64,000 bases of DNA from an uncultured delta proteobacterium (lineage in GTDB: Bacteria; Myxococcota_A; Polyangia; Polyangiales; Houyiibacteriaceae). The stretch spans positions 1,696,001 through 1,760,000 of the forward strand of contig CAVOVB010000001.1 of the NCBI GenBank assembly GCA_963699755.1. Reading direction: 5' to 3'. Within the stretch, counting starts at the first letter, position 1; each line of letters begins with the position of its first letter. Both the position numbers and the translations under genes were made by a program. Below, one piece after another: positions 9,960 to 19,953 of this stretch. A model generated the notes under the pieces. The model did not search any database. It was given only the letters and a program-made list of their open reading frames with translations, and was not told where the DNA came from.

Positions 9960-10424
9960 TCAATGCACTCCGAACAGCCGCTTCACCGAGGGCCGCGCAA
10001 GGACGATGATCGTGAAGATGCCTAGAACCGTACCAAAGGGAAACATGAGGCATTCGCCCCAGCCCGTGAGGTAGCAGAACGTCCACCAGCGACGTTTGCG
10101 GATCTGAACCCCGACCAGGGCGAGGTGCACGGCGCTGATCAGCGCGAGCAGGAGCCCGGCGACGATCATGGTCGTGATCAGGGTGTTGAGGTCTTGAGCC
10201 ATCGCTTCGGGGCTGCCTCCGAATGTGTCGGTGACGACTTGTCCCGGGATTTCACCCATCGCCATCCCGAGATCACTTCCGACCTCATCGATGAGCTTCG
10301 CGCCGGCTACCCCGAACATCAGCGTCGGAATTCCACCGAGCACGGCCACCCCGGCCAAGATGAAATGGCCGATCGAAAGCGCGCTCAGGTGCTCTCTGTC
10401 TTCCGCGGTTGGCTCTTCTTCCAA
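9960..10424 (-). CDS. Hypothetical membrane protein
   Basis: 3-4 TM segments; C-terminal CLMFPFGTVLGIFTIIVLARPSVKRLF; TTG start. Confidence 0.65.
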   Translation of the reverse strand: MEEEPTAEDREHLSALSIGHFILAGVAVLGGIPTLMFGVAGAKLIDEVGSDLGMAMGEIPGQVVTDTFGGSPEAMAQDLNTLITTMIVAGLLLALISAVHLALVGVQIRKRRWWTFCYLTGWGECLMFPFGTVLGIFTIIVLARPSVKRLFGVH

Positions 10425-10461
10425 GCGATCCCCTTTTCAGATCGTGCTATGCCGCCAGCCC

Positions 10462-11391
10462 ATGGGCAAGGTCGCATTTGTTTTCCCGGGTCAAGGCAGC
10501 CAAAAAGTCGGCATGGGTCGCGACGCATTCGAGGCGTCCGATGCAGCACGCAGTGTCTTCGAAGAAGCCGATGAGGCGCTCGGCGAAAGCCTCTCGCAGC
10601 TCTGTTTCGAAGGTCCCGAGGAAGACCTGAAGCTCACCTCCAATACCCAGCCCGCGGTTCTGACCGCGTCGATCGCGATCCTGCGTGCGCTCGACGCGCC
10701 GTTCGACGTCGTGGCCGGACACAGCCTCGGTGAGTACTCGGCGCACGTTGCAGCGGGCACGCTCGAGCTTGGCGACGCGGTGCGGCTCGTGCGAAAGCGC
10801 GGCGAGTACATGCAAGAGGCCGTGCCGTATGGCGAGGGCTCGATGGCTGCGGTGCTCAAGGCTGACCGCAGTCTCGTCGAACGGATCTGTGCCGAGGTCC
10901 CCGGCCTCGTCGAGGCCGTCAACTACAATTCCCCTCAGCAAATCGTGATCGCCGGCGAGACGTCCGCTGTGAGCGAGGCCGGGACGAAGCTGCAAGCCGC
11001 CGGCGCACGAGCGAGCACCCTTCCGGTCAGCGCGCCGTTTCACTCCAGCTTGATGGAGCCCGCCGAAGCGCGGTTGCGCTTAGACATCGAACAAATCGCG
11101 CTCTCGGATCCGCGCGTGCCGGTGTATGTCAATGTGGACGCCAAGCCGATCCGCGATTCCGCCGCGGCAAAGGACGCGCTGGTCCGACAGGTGAGCCGGC
11201 CGGTTCTTTGGGAGGAGAGTGTCCGCAAAATGATCGACGACGGGGTTTCGCTCTTCGTCGAAGTGGGTCCGGGTAGGGTCCTGACCGGTCTCTTGGCTCG
11301 AATCGACAAGCGCGCGGGCCGGGTCAGCGTCCAGGGCCCGTCCGACTTCGCCGCGGCCAGAGACGCCATCGCGGAAGTCCACGGTGGCTGA
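10462..11391 (+). CDS. fabD: Malonyl-CoA:ACP transacylase
   Basis: AFVFPGQGSQ, NTQPA, GHSLGEYSA, VSAPFHS, EVGPG; start placed at MGKVAF. Confidence 0.96.
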   Translation: MGKVAFVFPGQGSQKVGMGRDAFEASDAARSVFEEADEALGESLSQLCFEGPEEDLKLTSNTQPAVLTASIAILRALDAPFDVVAGHSLGEYSAHVAAGTLELGDAVRLVRKRGEYMQEAVPYGEGSMAAVLKADRSLVERICAEVPGLVEAVNYNSPQQIVIAGETSAVSEAGTKLQAAGARASTLPVSAPFHSSLMEPAEARLRLDIEQIALSDPRVPVYVNVDAKPIRDSAAAKDALVRQVSRPVLWEESVRKMIDDGVSLFVEVGPGRVLTGLLARIDKRAGRVSVQGPSDFAAARDAIAEVHGG

Positions 11392-11519
11392 TTTCGCTGT
11401 AATTCCAAGGCCGTGACCGAAACGGGCCGGCTGCGTTTGACCTAATTTCGAAATCTTGTAAAAACGCGCCGCCCGCCAGCATTTAACCGGGGTCGGGCTC
11501 GAATAGAGGTTCAGCGGAT

Positions 11520-13601
11520 ATGCAAAATCTGATTTACGCAGCCCCAGCAGCGGGTGTGCTTGCTCTGATCTTCGCCTGGGTGAAGGCGAACTGGGTTTCT
11601 CGGCAGGATCCTGGCGACGCCAGCATGGTTGAAATCGCTGGCCTGATTCAGGAAGGTGCCCTGGCATTCCTTCGGGCGGAGTACCGCGTGCTTTCGATTT
11701 TCGTGCTCGTCGTCGGCGCGATCCTGGGCGTTGCCTACTACGGCGACCCTCAGCGCGGCTGGCAGATCGCGGGCGCATTCGTCCTCGGGGCGGCAGCGTC
11801 GGCCTTGGCAGGCTGGGCCGGCATGAAGGTGGCGACCAACGCCAACGTGCGAACCACCGCCGCGGCTCGAATCGGGCTCTCGCCTGCGCTCGACGTCGCG
11901 TTCTCCGGCGGCACCGTCATGGGCATGACCGTCGTCGGTCTGGCGACCATTGGTCTCAGCGGGCTCTACCTGCTCTTCACCAACGTGCTCGGCTGGGAGC
12001 TCGCCCGCACGGTCAACGTGATCACCGGGTTCTCGATGGGTGCTTCCTCCATCGCGCTCTTCGCGCGTGTCGGCGGCGGCATCTATACCAAGGCCGCGGA
12101 CGTCGGCGCGGACCTCGTCGGCAAGGTCGAGTCCGGCCTCCCTGAGGATGACCCCCGCAACCCTGCGGTCATCGCCGACAACGTTGGTGACAACGTTGGC
12201 GATGTCGCCGGGATGGGCGCCGACCTTTTCGAATCCTTCGTCGGCGCGATCATCGGCGCCATGGTCTTGGCGCTCGGCTTTGCCGCCGTGAAGAGCGGGG
12301 CGAGCGTCGGCCCGGTCGTCCTGCCGCTGGTCATCGCTGGAGCGGGGATCCTCTGCTCGATGGTGGGTACCTTCTTCGTGCGCACCAAAGAAGGCGGCAA
12401 TCCGCAGCACGCCCTGGACATGGGCGCGTTCGGTGCAGCGGGGGTCATGGCGCTCGCCACCTTCGGCATCGCCAAGTACATGTGGCCGGAAGGCGGCACG
12501 ATGAACGCCGCGGGCAAGGTCGTCACCTGGATGAATGTGGGTTGGGCGACGGTTGCAGGCCTTGCCGCAGGCGTTCTCGTTGGTCTGATCACCTCGTACT
12601 ACACCTCGATGGAGAAGCCTCCAGTCGATAGCATCGCCGAGCAGAGCAAAACCGGCACCGCCACGAACATCATCGCGGGTCTGGGTGTCGGCATGCAGTC
12701 GACGGCCCTGCCCATCATCGTCATCGCAGCCGGCGTGGTCGTCGCAGCCGAGGTCGCAGGCCTTTACGGCGTCGCGATCGCGGCGCTCGGCATGCTCTCG
12801 ACCACGGGCATTCAGCTCGCAGTCGACGCCTACGGCCCGATTGCCGACAACGCTGGCGGCATTGCCGAGATGAGCCATCAGGCACCTGAAGTCCGTCAGC
12901 GCACCGACAAGCTCGACGCCGTGGGCAACACCACCGCTGCCATCGGAAAGGGCTTTGCCATTGGCTCCGCAGCCATGACGGCTCTCGCGCTCTTCGCGGC
13001 ATTCGCTCAGACGGCAGGCATCACCGGCATCGACATCTCCAAGCCGCTCGTCATGGCCGGCCTGTTCCTTGGCGGGATGCTGCCCTTTCTCTTCTCTTCG
13101 ATGGCGATGAAGGCCGTCGGTGTCGCAGCGATGGACATGATCGAGGAGGTTCGTCGTCAGTTCCGTGAGATTCCAGGGCTGCTCGAGGGCAAGGCCAAGC
13201 CGGACACCGCGCGCTGCGTGAAGATCTCCACTGAGGCGTCGCTCAAGCGCATGATCGCGCCTGGCGCGCTTGCCATTCTCACCCCCGTTCTCGTGGGTTT
13301 CACCATGGGCCCGGAGCCGCTGGGCGGCTTGCTCGCTGGCGTGACCGTCTCGGGCGTGACGATGGCGCTTTTCATGGCGAATGCTGGTGGTGCTTGGGAC
13401 AACGCCAAAAAGTCCTTTGAAAGCGGGGGCTACAAGATGAAGGATGGCACGGTCCACCCGAAGGGTAGCGAGGCTCACAACGCCGCGGTCGTCGGTGACA
13501 CCGTCGGTGACCCTTTCAAGGACACCGCGGGTCCGTCGCTGAACATCCTGGTGAAGCTGATGAGCATCGTGGCGCTCGTTCTCGCGCCGCTGCTCGTCTA
13601 G
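11520..13601 (+). CDS. hppA: Membrane-bound ion-translocating pyrophosphatase, K+-dependent type
   Basis: [64 protein letters not shown]. Confidence 0.97.
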   Translation: MQNLIYAAPAAGVLALIFAWVKANWVSRQDPGDASMVEIAGLIQEGALAFLRAEYRVLSIFVLVVGAILGVAYYGDPQRGWQIAGAFVLGAAASALAGWAGMKVATNANVRTTAAARIGLSPALDVAFSGGTVMGMTVVGLATIGLSGLYLLFTNVLGWELARTVNVITGFSMGASSIALFARVGGGIYTKAADVGADLVGKVESGLPEDDPRNPAVIADNVGDNVGDVAGMGADLFESFVGAIIGAMVLALGFAAVKSGASVGPVVLPLVIAGAGILCSMVGTFFVRTKEGGNPQHALDMGAFGAAGVMALATFGIAKYMWPEGGTMNAAGKVVTWMNVGWATVAGLAAGVLVGLITSYYTSMEKPPVDSIAEQSKTGTATNIIAGLGVGMQSTALPIIVIAAGVVVAAEVAGLYGVAIAALGMLSTTGIQLAVDAYGPIADNAGGIAEMSHQAPEVRQRTDKLDAVGNTTAAIGKGFAIGSAAMTALALFAAFAQTAGITGIDISKPLVMAGLFLGGMLPFLFSSMAMKAVGVAAMDMIEEVRRQFREIPGLLEGKAKPDTARCVKISTEASLKRMIAPGALAILTPVLVGFTMGPEPLGGLLAGVTVSGVTMALFMANAGGAWDNAKKSFESGGYKMKDGTVHPKGSEAHNAAVVGDTVGDPFKDTAGPSLNILVKLMSIVALVLAPLLV

Positions 13602-13658
13602 ACCCTCGTAAAGCCGATGCTTTGCATCGGCCGCGGGGCTTCGCCCCAGTGCATGCAT

Positions 13659-13700
13659 GAGAAGACCCCGTCAGCCTTTGGCCGCGCGGGGTTTCTCTTT
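13659..13700 (+). terminator. Probable intrinsic terminator after hppA
   Basis: GAGAAGACCCCG ... CGGGGTTTCTC stem followed by TTT; preceded by two smaller hairpins (13613-13631, 13635-13647). Confidence 0.55.
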
Positions 13701-13727
13701 GGGCCTTGCCGGGGTTAGGATTGTCCG

Positions 13728-15377
13728 ATGGTCGACCCAAGCCGAACCGCTGCCTGGAAGGCCCTGCGCACGCATCACGAAGCGGTTGCCGACCTCGAGA
13801 TGCGTCACCTCTTCGGCGAGGATCCCGAACGCGCATCCCGCTTTTCCCTCATGCTCGGTGATCTTCTTTTCGATTACTCCAAAAATCGGATCACCGATCA
13901 GACGCTCACTTTGCTCGCCGCGCTCTGTGAACAGTGCGGAGTGCGCGATTGGATCGCTCGCATGTTCTCAGGCGATCCGATCAACGAAACCGAGGGGAGG
14001 GCCGTCCTCCACACGGCCCTTCGTAATCGCGGCGAGCGTCCGGTGATGGTCGGGGGTGTGGACGTCATGCCGGACGTGCGACGTGTGCTCTCGCAGATGC
14101 GTAAGTTCGCCGTCTCGGTTCGAGAAGGAGCCTGGCTAGGGCACAGCGGGCGCGCGATCACCGATGTCGTGAACATCGGAATCGGTGGCTCCGATCTCGG
14201 TCCGGTCATGGTCACGGAGGCGCTGCGCCCCTATTGGAAGCAGGGGCTCCGCGCGCACTTCGTGTCGAACGTCGACAGCAGCCATCTGAGCGAAGTGCTG
14301 CGCCGGGTGCAGCCTGAAACCACGCTTTTCATCGTGGCCTCCAAGACCTTCACCACGCAAGAGACGCTCACGAACGCGCGTTCTGCGCGCCAATGGCTCG
14401 TCGAGCGACTAGGCAGTGAAGACGCCGTGGCAAAACACTTCGTCGCGCTTTCAACGAACCGCGACGCGGTCGTGAAGTTTGGAATCGACCCGGAGAATAT
14501 GTTCGAATTCTGGGATTGGGTGGGTGGCCGGTACTCACTCTGGTCGGCCATTGGCCTTTCGATCGCCACCGTAGTCGGCATGGACAACTTCGAAGAGCTG
14601 CTCGCCGGGGCGTACGAAGTGGACGAGCACTTCCGAACTGCTCCGCTGCAGGAGAACATTCCCGTCGTCATGGCGATGCTCGGGGTCTGGTATCACAACT
14701 TCTTCGGCGCGCCTTCGCATGCGGTGCTGCCCTATGACCAGTATCTGCATCGCTTTCCGGCGTACCTTCAGCAGGCGGACATGGAGAGCAACGGCAAGAG
14801 TGCGTCGCGCGATGGGGAAATCATCGACGACTACACGACGGGGCCGATCGTTTGGGGGGAGCCGGGGACGAATGGGCAGCACGCGTTCTTTCAACTCCTG
14901 CACCAGGGAACACATTTGGTTCCTTGCGACTTCATCGTAGCGGCGCAGAGCCAGAATCCGATTGGCGAGCACCAGGACATCCTCGTGGCCAATTGCATTG
15001 CGCAAGCCGAGGCGATGATGCGTGGCAAGACGTCTGTCGAGGCCCGCGCCGAGCTCGAGGCGAGTGGTGCTTCTGCAGAGCGGGTCCAAGCGCTCGTCCC
15101 GCACAAGACCTTTGCGGGCAATCGTCCAAGCAATACGTTCATGCTGGACCGGCTCACACCGAGAGCGCTCGGCCGATTGATCGCGCTCTACGAGCATAAA
15201 ATCTTCGTGCAGGGAGTCATCTGGAACATTTACAGCTTCGATCAGTTCGGGGTCGAGCTCGGGAAGCAGCTCGCCAAGGTCATTCTTCCCGAGCTCGGTG
15301 GAGCCGACGGAGAGCATGATGGCTCCACCGACCAGTTGATCTCGTACTATCGAAAGCATAAGAAACCCGACCAATGA
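13728..15377 (+). CDS. pgi: Glucose-6-phosphate isomerase
   Basis: [53 protein letters not shown]. Confidence 0.98.
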   Translation: MVDPSRTAAWKALRTHHEAVADLEMRHLFGEDPERASRFSLMLGDLLFDYSKNRITDQTLTLLAALCEQCGVRDWIARMFSGDPINETEGRAVLHTALRNRGERPVMVGGVDVMPDVRRVLSQMRKFAVSVREGAWLGHSGRAITDVVNIGIGGSDLGPVMVTEALRPYWKQGLRAHFVSNVDSSHLSEVLRRVQPETTLFIVASKTFTTQETLTNARSARQWLVERLGSEDAVAKHFVALSTNRDAVVKFGIDPENMFEFWDWVGGRYSLWSAIGLSIATVVGMDNFEELLAGAYEVDEHFRTAPLQENIPVVMAMLGVWYHNFFGAPSHAVLPYDQYLHRFPAYLQQADMESNGKSASRDGEIIDDYTTGPIVWGEPGTNGQHAFFQLLHQGTHLVPCDFIVAAQSQNPIGEHQDILVANCIAQAEAMMRGKTSVEARAELEASGASAERVQALVPHKTFAGNRPSNTFMLDRLTPRALGRLIALYEHKIFVQGVIWNIYSFDQFGVELGKQLAKVILPELGGADGEHDGSTDQLISYYRKHKKPDQ

Positions 15378-16066
15378 CGACGCTTGCAGTCGATATCGGC
15401 GGGATGAGCCTCAAGCTCCTCGTGCTTGACGAACAGGGCGAGCCGCAATCGGAAACCGTGGCGCGACCCACGCCCGTGCCATCGAGTCCGGAAGCGCTAT
15501 TCACCTTGATTGACGACATGGCCGACACGCTGCCGCCCCACCAGCGAGTTTCGGTTGGTTTTCCGGGGGTGGTCAAAAACGGGGTGACCTGGAACGCGCC
15601 AAATCTCGGAGACGAGCTCTGGCATCGCGTTCCATTGAGCGAGACGTTGGGCTATCGCCTCGAACGCCCCGTTCGCGCGGTCAACGACGTCGATCTTCAG
15701 GGGCTCGGTGTCGTCCAAGGCGATGGCGTCGAGCTGGTGTTGACGCTTGGAACTGGAATGGGTGCGGCGCTGTTCACCGATGGCGCGCTCGTTCCAAACC
15801 TCGAGCTCGGGCACCATCCGTTTCGGGACGGACAAACCTACGAAGATCTCGTACGCGACAGCGAGCTCAAGCGCATCGGTCGGGTCGAATGGACGGCGCG
15901 GGTCCTCGATGCAATCGAGCAAATCGAGCCGATCTTCAACTACGATCGGCTCCACCTCGGCGGGGGCAACGCTCGGAACATTCAATCCGAGCTTCCCGGG
16001 AACGTCCGCGTCTTCTCCCTGGCAGAAGGGCTTCGCGGTGCGTTGAAGCTCTGGGACGACGCTTAA
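15374..16066 (+). CDS. ppgK: ROK-family sugar kinase, polyphosphate glucokinase-like
   Basis: [45 protein letters not shown]; lacks the Cys-rich Zn motif of other ROK proteins; ATGA overlap with pgi. Confidence 0.8.
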   Translation: MTTLAVDIGGMSLKLLVLDEQGEPQSETVARPTPVPSSPEALFTLIDDMADTLPPHQRVSVGFPGVVKNGVTWNAPNLGDELWHRVPLSETLGYRLERPVRAVNDVDLQGLGVVQGDGVELVLTLGTGMGAALFTDGALVPNLELGHHPFRDGQTYEDLVRDSELKRIGRVEWTARVLDAIEQIEPIFNYDRLHLGGGNARNIQSELPGNVRVFSLAEGLRGALKLWDDA

Positions 16067-16704
16067 GCGCCGCCGACGAACGGGTTCAAGCGGCGCTCTT
16101 CGCCGATCGTCGTGTTGGGGCCGTGGCCGCAGATCACCAGCGTTTCATCCGGCAACGCGAAGAGCTTGCGTTTGATCGAGTCGACGAGCTGCGACTCGTT
16201 GCCGCCCCAAAGGTCGCTGCGGCCGACGCTGCGCGCGAAGAGGGTGTCGCCTGCGATGACAACGGGTCGATCCCCCTCCAAGGTGAGGCAAATACTGCCC
16301 GGCGAGTGCCCCGGCGTGTGAACGACGTCGGCCTCGAGCGCGCCCGCCAAGACCGTGTCGCCGTGTGAAAGAAAGCGATCGACCGCCGCCACCTCTGGTG
16401 CGCGAAAGGGCGCCCCGAAACCATCGAGCTGCATCTGCACGCCTTCATAGAGGAACAGATCTTCTTCGTGAATCATGATCGGCGCATGGGTCCCGTCCTG
16501 AACCTCTTTGGTGGCGCCGATGTGATCGAAGTGCGTGTGCGTGTGGACGATCCCCTCACATTTGAGCCCCAGCTCCTCAAGGCGAGCAAGAATCCGGGGC
16601 GCCTCGCCCCCGGGATCGACGACGATCCCCGTCCCCCGCTCCTCGTCGCCTAGAATCACGCAGTTGCAGCCCAGCGGCGCGACGGAGAAATGCTCGATGA
16701 TCAT
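16063..16704 (-). CDS. MBL-fold metallo-hydrolase (glyoxalase II/YcbL-like)
   Basis: THTHFDH, HTPGHSPG, GDTLF, GHGP, ERRLNPF. Confidence 0.92.
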   Translation of the reverse strand: MIIEHFSVAPLGCNCVILGDEERGTGIVVDPGGEAPRILARLEELGLKCEGIVHTHTHFDHIGATKEVQDGTHAPIMIHEEDLFLYEGVQMQLDGFGAPFRAPEVAAVDRFLSHGDTVLAGALEADVVHTPGHSPGSICLTLEGDRPVVIAGDTLFARSVGRSDLWGGNESQLVDSIKRKLFALPDETLVICGHGPNTTIGEERRLNPFVGGA

Positions 16705-16745
16705 GGGGGGTCCATAGCATCTTGGGGGTGACAGCGTCAGCGTTG

Positions 16746-16878
16746 GTTACACCGCCCACCCACCCCCACCCGTAATCCTCCGTGGCGCGGCGGGCGCTGC
16801 GCTCCGCCTTGCCGGCGCGTTGCGCCGGGCTTCGCCCTTCGGGCTCGCGCTGCCGCCTGCCGTTTTGGGCAGGTTGTT
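16746..16878 (-). repeat. ~130-bp intergenic repeat, copy 1 (inverted relative to copy 2)
   Basis: Reverse complement shares an identical 44-nt block (16813-16856 vs 18455-18498) and a 36-nt block with 2 mismatches with 18529-18564. Confidence 0.9.
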
Positions 16879-17015
16879 CGCCCTGTTAGCTGCAGTGTCA
16901 GCGCCAGCGCCACTGCCGCGCCGGTACTGACATGGCGCCGGGGTCGTGCTACGCCCGCGCTCGTAGGCGGCAGCGCGATGGAGACCGCGGCGCCGATGAT
17001 CCCGGGAGAGTGAGC

Positions 17016-17297
17016 ATGCTCGACGTCAATGAGTACTTCGATGGCAAGGTGAAGTCGATCGGCTTTCAGACCGAAACCCTCCGCGCCACGGTGGGCGTGA
17101 TGGCCCCCGGGAACTACGAGTTTGGAACCACTGACAAAGAGACGGTGACCGTCGTCAGCGGGGCGCTGACGGTGAAGCTTCCAGGCTCCGACGACTGGGC
17201 GCGATACGATGCAGGTGCGAGCTTCGTGGTCGATGCACAGCGGAAGTTCCAGCTGCAGGTCGCCGTCGACACGGCCTACCTCTGTACCTACGAGTAG
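17016..17297 (+). CDS. ppnP: Pyrimidine/purine nucleoside phosphorylase (DUF1255 cupin)
   Basis: [35 protein letters not shown]. Confidence 0.92.
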   Translation: MLDVNEYFDGKVKSIGFQTETLRATVGVMAPGNYEFGTTDKETVTVVSGALTVKLPGSDDWARYDAGASFVVDAQRKFQLQVAVDTAYLCTYE

Positions 17298-17309
17298 GAA
17301 CGCGTCCTC

Positions 17310-18434
17310 GTGCGACTCCTATTCGTCTCCCATTCGTTTCCGCCGTCCGACGCTCCATTGAGCAACTTGGGAGGCATGCAGCGCGTGGCGACGGAGCTCC
17401 ACAGCGTGCTCGAAAAACGCGACGACGTGGTGATGCGAACCCTGGCACTTCGTTCGAGTTGGAAGTGGGTGCACATCAAGGCGGTACCGTTCTTGGCTTC
17501 GCTTGCGGTTCGACTTGGGCGCGAGGCCGCCGCGCACCGGGCCGATGCGATCCTTTTCACCAGTATGACCACCGCGCTTCCGCTTCTGATCGCCGGTCCC
17601 GCACTGAAGAACAGGGGCATCCGGCTCGCCGCGATTGTGCACGGACTGGACGTCACCGATCCGAACCCAATCTATCAGAAGGCGGTGCGGCGTCTCTGCG
17701 GAATGCTCGACGCCGCCATGCCGGTCAGCCACGCCACCGGCGAGCAGTTGGTGGCGCGCGGGTTGCCGCGTGAACGCGTGCATGTGGTTCCCAACGCCGT
17801 CGACCTCGATCGCTTCGAGGGGGTGGCGGCTGCCCGCATGGAGCCCGTCAAGCTGCACATTGCCGGCGCGCCTCCGCTGCCAGATGACGCCTTTCTCCTG
17901 GTCACGGTCGGACGCCAGGTCCGCCGCAAGGGATTCGCCTGGTTCATCGAGAGCGTCATGCCGAAGCTCCCAGACCGCGTCGTCTTCTGGCTTGCCGGTG
18001 ACGGGCCGGAACGGGAGAACATCGAAGCGGCGATTGTACGTTCCGGTCTTCGACGACGTGTTCGTTGCTTGGGCAAGATCTCCGAGGACGAGCTCGTCGA
18101 GCTCTACCGAAGAGGCCAGCTGTTCGTCATGCCGAACATCGTCGTCCCCGGCGACATGGAAGGCTTCGGCATCGTGATGCTCGAAGCGGGCGCCTGCGGT
18201 CTTCCCACGCTCGCCGCCGACCTCGAAGGCATCCGAGACGTGATCGACGAAGGCATCAACGGCTGGTTCGCACCGACCCAAGACGCGGATGCGTTTGCGA
18301 GACGGATTCAAGCTCTAGCGGATGACCCAGAAGGCCTGCGCGCCGCAAGCGAACGCACCGCCGAGTACGTCACCTCGACGTTCCCCTGGGACAACACGGC
18401 GGAACGCTACCTAGCCGTACTGCGCGGACTCTAA
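17310..18434 (+). CDS. Glycosyltransferase family 4
   Basis: GGMQRV, VHGLDV, VGRQVRRKG, EGFGIVMLEA (EX7E). Confidence 0.92.
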   Translation: MRLLFVSHSFPPSDAPLSNLGGMQRVATELHSVLEKRDDVVMRTLALRSSWKWVHIKAVPFLASLAVRLGREAAAHRADAILFTSMTTALPLLIAGPALKNRGIRLAAIVHGLDVTDPNPIYQKAVRRLCGMLDAAMPVSHATGEQLVARGLPRERVHVVPNAVDLDRFEGVAAARMEPVKLHIAGAPPLPDDAFLLVTVGRQVRRKGFAWFIESVMPKLPDRVVFWLAGDGPERENIEAAIVRSGLRRRVRCLGKISEDELVELYRRGQLFVMPNIVVPGDMEGFGIVMLEAGACGLPTLAADLEGIRDVIDEGINGWFAPTQDADAFARRIQALADDPEGLRAASERTAEYVTSTFPWDNTAERYLAVLRGL

Positions 18435-18564
18435 CACCGCCCCCCAAGACATGCGCGGCAGCGCGAGCCCGAAGGGCGAAGCCCGGCGCAACGCGCCGCC
18501 AAGCGCAAGCGCAGCGAAGCGCGCGGAGGGAGGATTACGGGTGGGGGTGGGCGGGCGGTGCAAC
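18433..18564 (+). repeat. ~130-bp intergenic repeat, copy 2
   Basis: Matches the reverse complement of 16746-16878; contains GCCCGAAGGGCGAAGCCC hairpins and GGGTGGGGGTGGGCGGG. Confidence 0.9.
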
Positions 18565-18614
18565 TAGATACCGACCAATTGACACCGCCCATTCCCGGTG
18601 CTGATCTTCGCCCC

Positions 18615-19244
18615 ATGAAGCTCCGCAGCGACAGTTTCAACGACCGGGATTTCCTTCCAATCCAATACGCGTTCGGCAAAAGAAGCGCCGACGCGCAGAT
18701 CGATCTTTCCGACAATCGCAACCCTCACTTGGCCTGGTCGGACCTGCCGCAAGGCACCCAATCGATCGCGCTACTCTGTATCGATGGCGACGCGCCGACC
18801 AAGCCCGACGATGTGAATCAGGTCGGCCGTGTCGTCCCCGCAGCGCTGCCGCGCACCGACTTCAGTCACTGGGTTCTCATCGATCTCAAACCGGATGCCA
18901 CCGTTGCCGAGGGAGCGTTCTGCGACGGCATCACGGCAAAGGGAAAGCATGGGCCCGAGGGTCCTCAGGGCAGCCGTCAGGGCATCAACGACTACACCGG
19001 CTGGTTCGCGTCCGATCCCGACATGGCCGGAGACTACTACGGCTACGACGGACCCTGTCCGCCGTTCAACGACAGCATCGTGCATCACTACCGCTTCACT
19101 GCCTATGCGCTGGACGTCGACCGTCTCGGCGTAGACGGCAAGTTCACGGCCACAGACGTGCTGGCTGCCATGGAGGGCCACATCCTGGGCGAAGCGACCA
19201 TGGTCGCGAAGTACGCGATCAACGCCGATGCCGAAGAGCTGTAA
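18615..19244 (+). CDS. YbhB/YbcL (PEBP/Raf kinase inhibitor-like) protein
   Basis: NPHLAWSDLPQGT, DGDAP, FSHWVLID, YDGPCPP, HHYRFTAYALD; TTGACA at 18579-18584. Confidence 0.92.
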   Translation: MKLRSDSFNDRDFLPIQYAFGKRSADAQIDLSDNRNPHLAWSDLPQGTQSIALLCIDGDAPTKPDDVNQVGRVVPAALPRTDFSHWVLIDLKPDATVAEGAFCDGITAKGKHGPEGPQGSRQGINDYTGWFASDPDMAGDYYGYDGPCPPFNDSIVHHYRFTAYALDVDRLGVDGKFTATDVLAAMEGHILGEATMVAKYAINADAEEL

Positions 19245-19253
19245 CCCCCCGCG

Positions 19254-19907
19254 ATGACCCGTCGGGAAAAAGCCGACCGCATCGGAGAAATCCTCGACAC
19301 GCTCTACCCCGAGCCTCCGATTCCGCTCGATCACCAGGATCCATTTACGCTCCTCGTGTCGGTCTTGCTGAGTGCGCAGACCACCGATAAGAAGGTCAAC
19401 GAGGTTACCCCGGCTTTGTTTTCCGAGGCTCCGGATCCCGAGTCCATGGCTGCCCTGCCCGTCGATCGGATCCTTGCTCACATTCGCACGGTGGGACTCG
19501 CACCCACCAAGGCAAAGAATCTCAAGTCGATGGCCGGCTTGCTGGTTGCGCGCCACGGTGGCCGGGTTCCCGACGACATCGACGCGCTCGAGGCGCTTCC
19601 GGGGGTCGGGCACAAGACGGCCTCCGTCGTCGTGTGCCAAGCTTTTGGACGACCGGCGTTTCCGGTTGACACGCACATTCATCGCCTCGCCGCGCGCTGG
19701 GGGCTCTCGGACGGAAAGAACGTCGTCAAGACCGAGGCCGATCTGAAGAAGCTTTTTCCCGAAGACACTTGGATTCGCCGCCACCTGCAGATCATCTACT
19801 TCGGCCGCGAGCATTGCCCCGCGCGAGGACACGACCTCAGCGAGTGTCCGATCTGCGGCTGGGCGGCGACCAAGAAGCGAATTGCGGAAGAATCGCGTCG
19901 CCGCTGA
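19254..19907 (+). CDS. nth: Endonuclease III
   Basis: LLSAQTTD, LPGVGHKTA (HhH), VDTHIHR, C-terminal C-X6-(D)-X3-CPIC remnant of the Fe-S motif. Confidence 0.93.
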   Translation: MTRREKADRIGEILDTLYPEPPIPLDHQDPFTLLVSVLLSAQTTDKKVNEVTPALFSEAPDPESMAALPVDRILAHIRTVGLAPTKAKNLKSMAGLLVARHGGRVPDDIDALEALPGVGHKTASVVVCQAFGRPAFPVDTHIHRLAARWGLSDGKNVVKTEADLKKLFPEDTWIRRHLQIIYFGREHCPARGHDLSECPICGWAATKKRIAEESRRR

Positions 19908-19953
19908 CTGCCGGTACTGGTCGTTGGCCCGGCCGCGACCCATATTCGGAGCG

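Noticed and set aside
10462..11391. fabD as part of a trans-AT PKS or other secondary-metabolite cluster
   Set aside because: No KS, ACP or tailoring genes nearby; a stand-alone housekeeping gene.
11511..13658. 715-aa minus-strand ORF
   Set aside because: Antisense shadow of hppA, typical of high-GC codon bias; no recognisable motifs.
16746..18564. Composite transposon carrying ppnP and the GT4 gene
   Set aside because: No transposase in the window, no target-site duplication seen, and the repeats diverge outside two core blocks; dispersed repeats are the simpler explanation.
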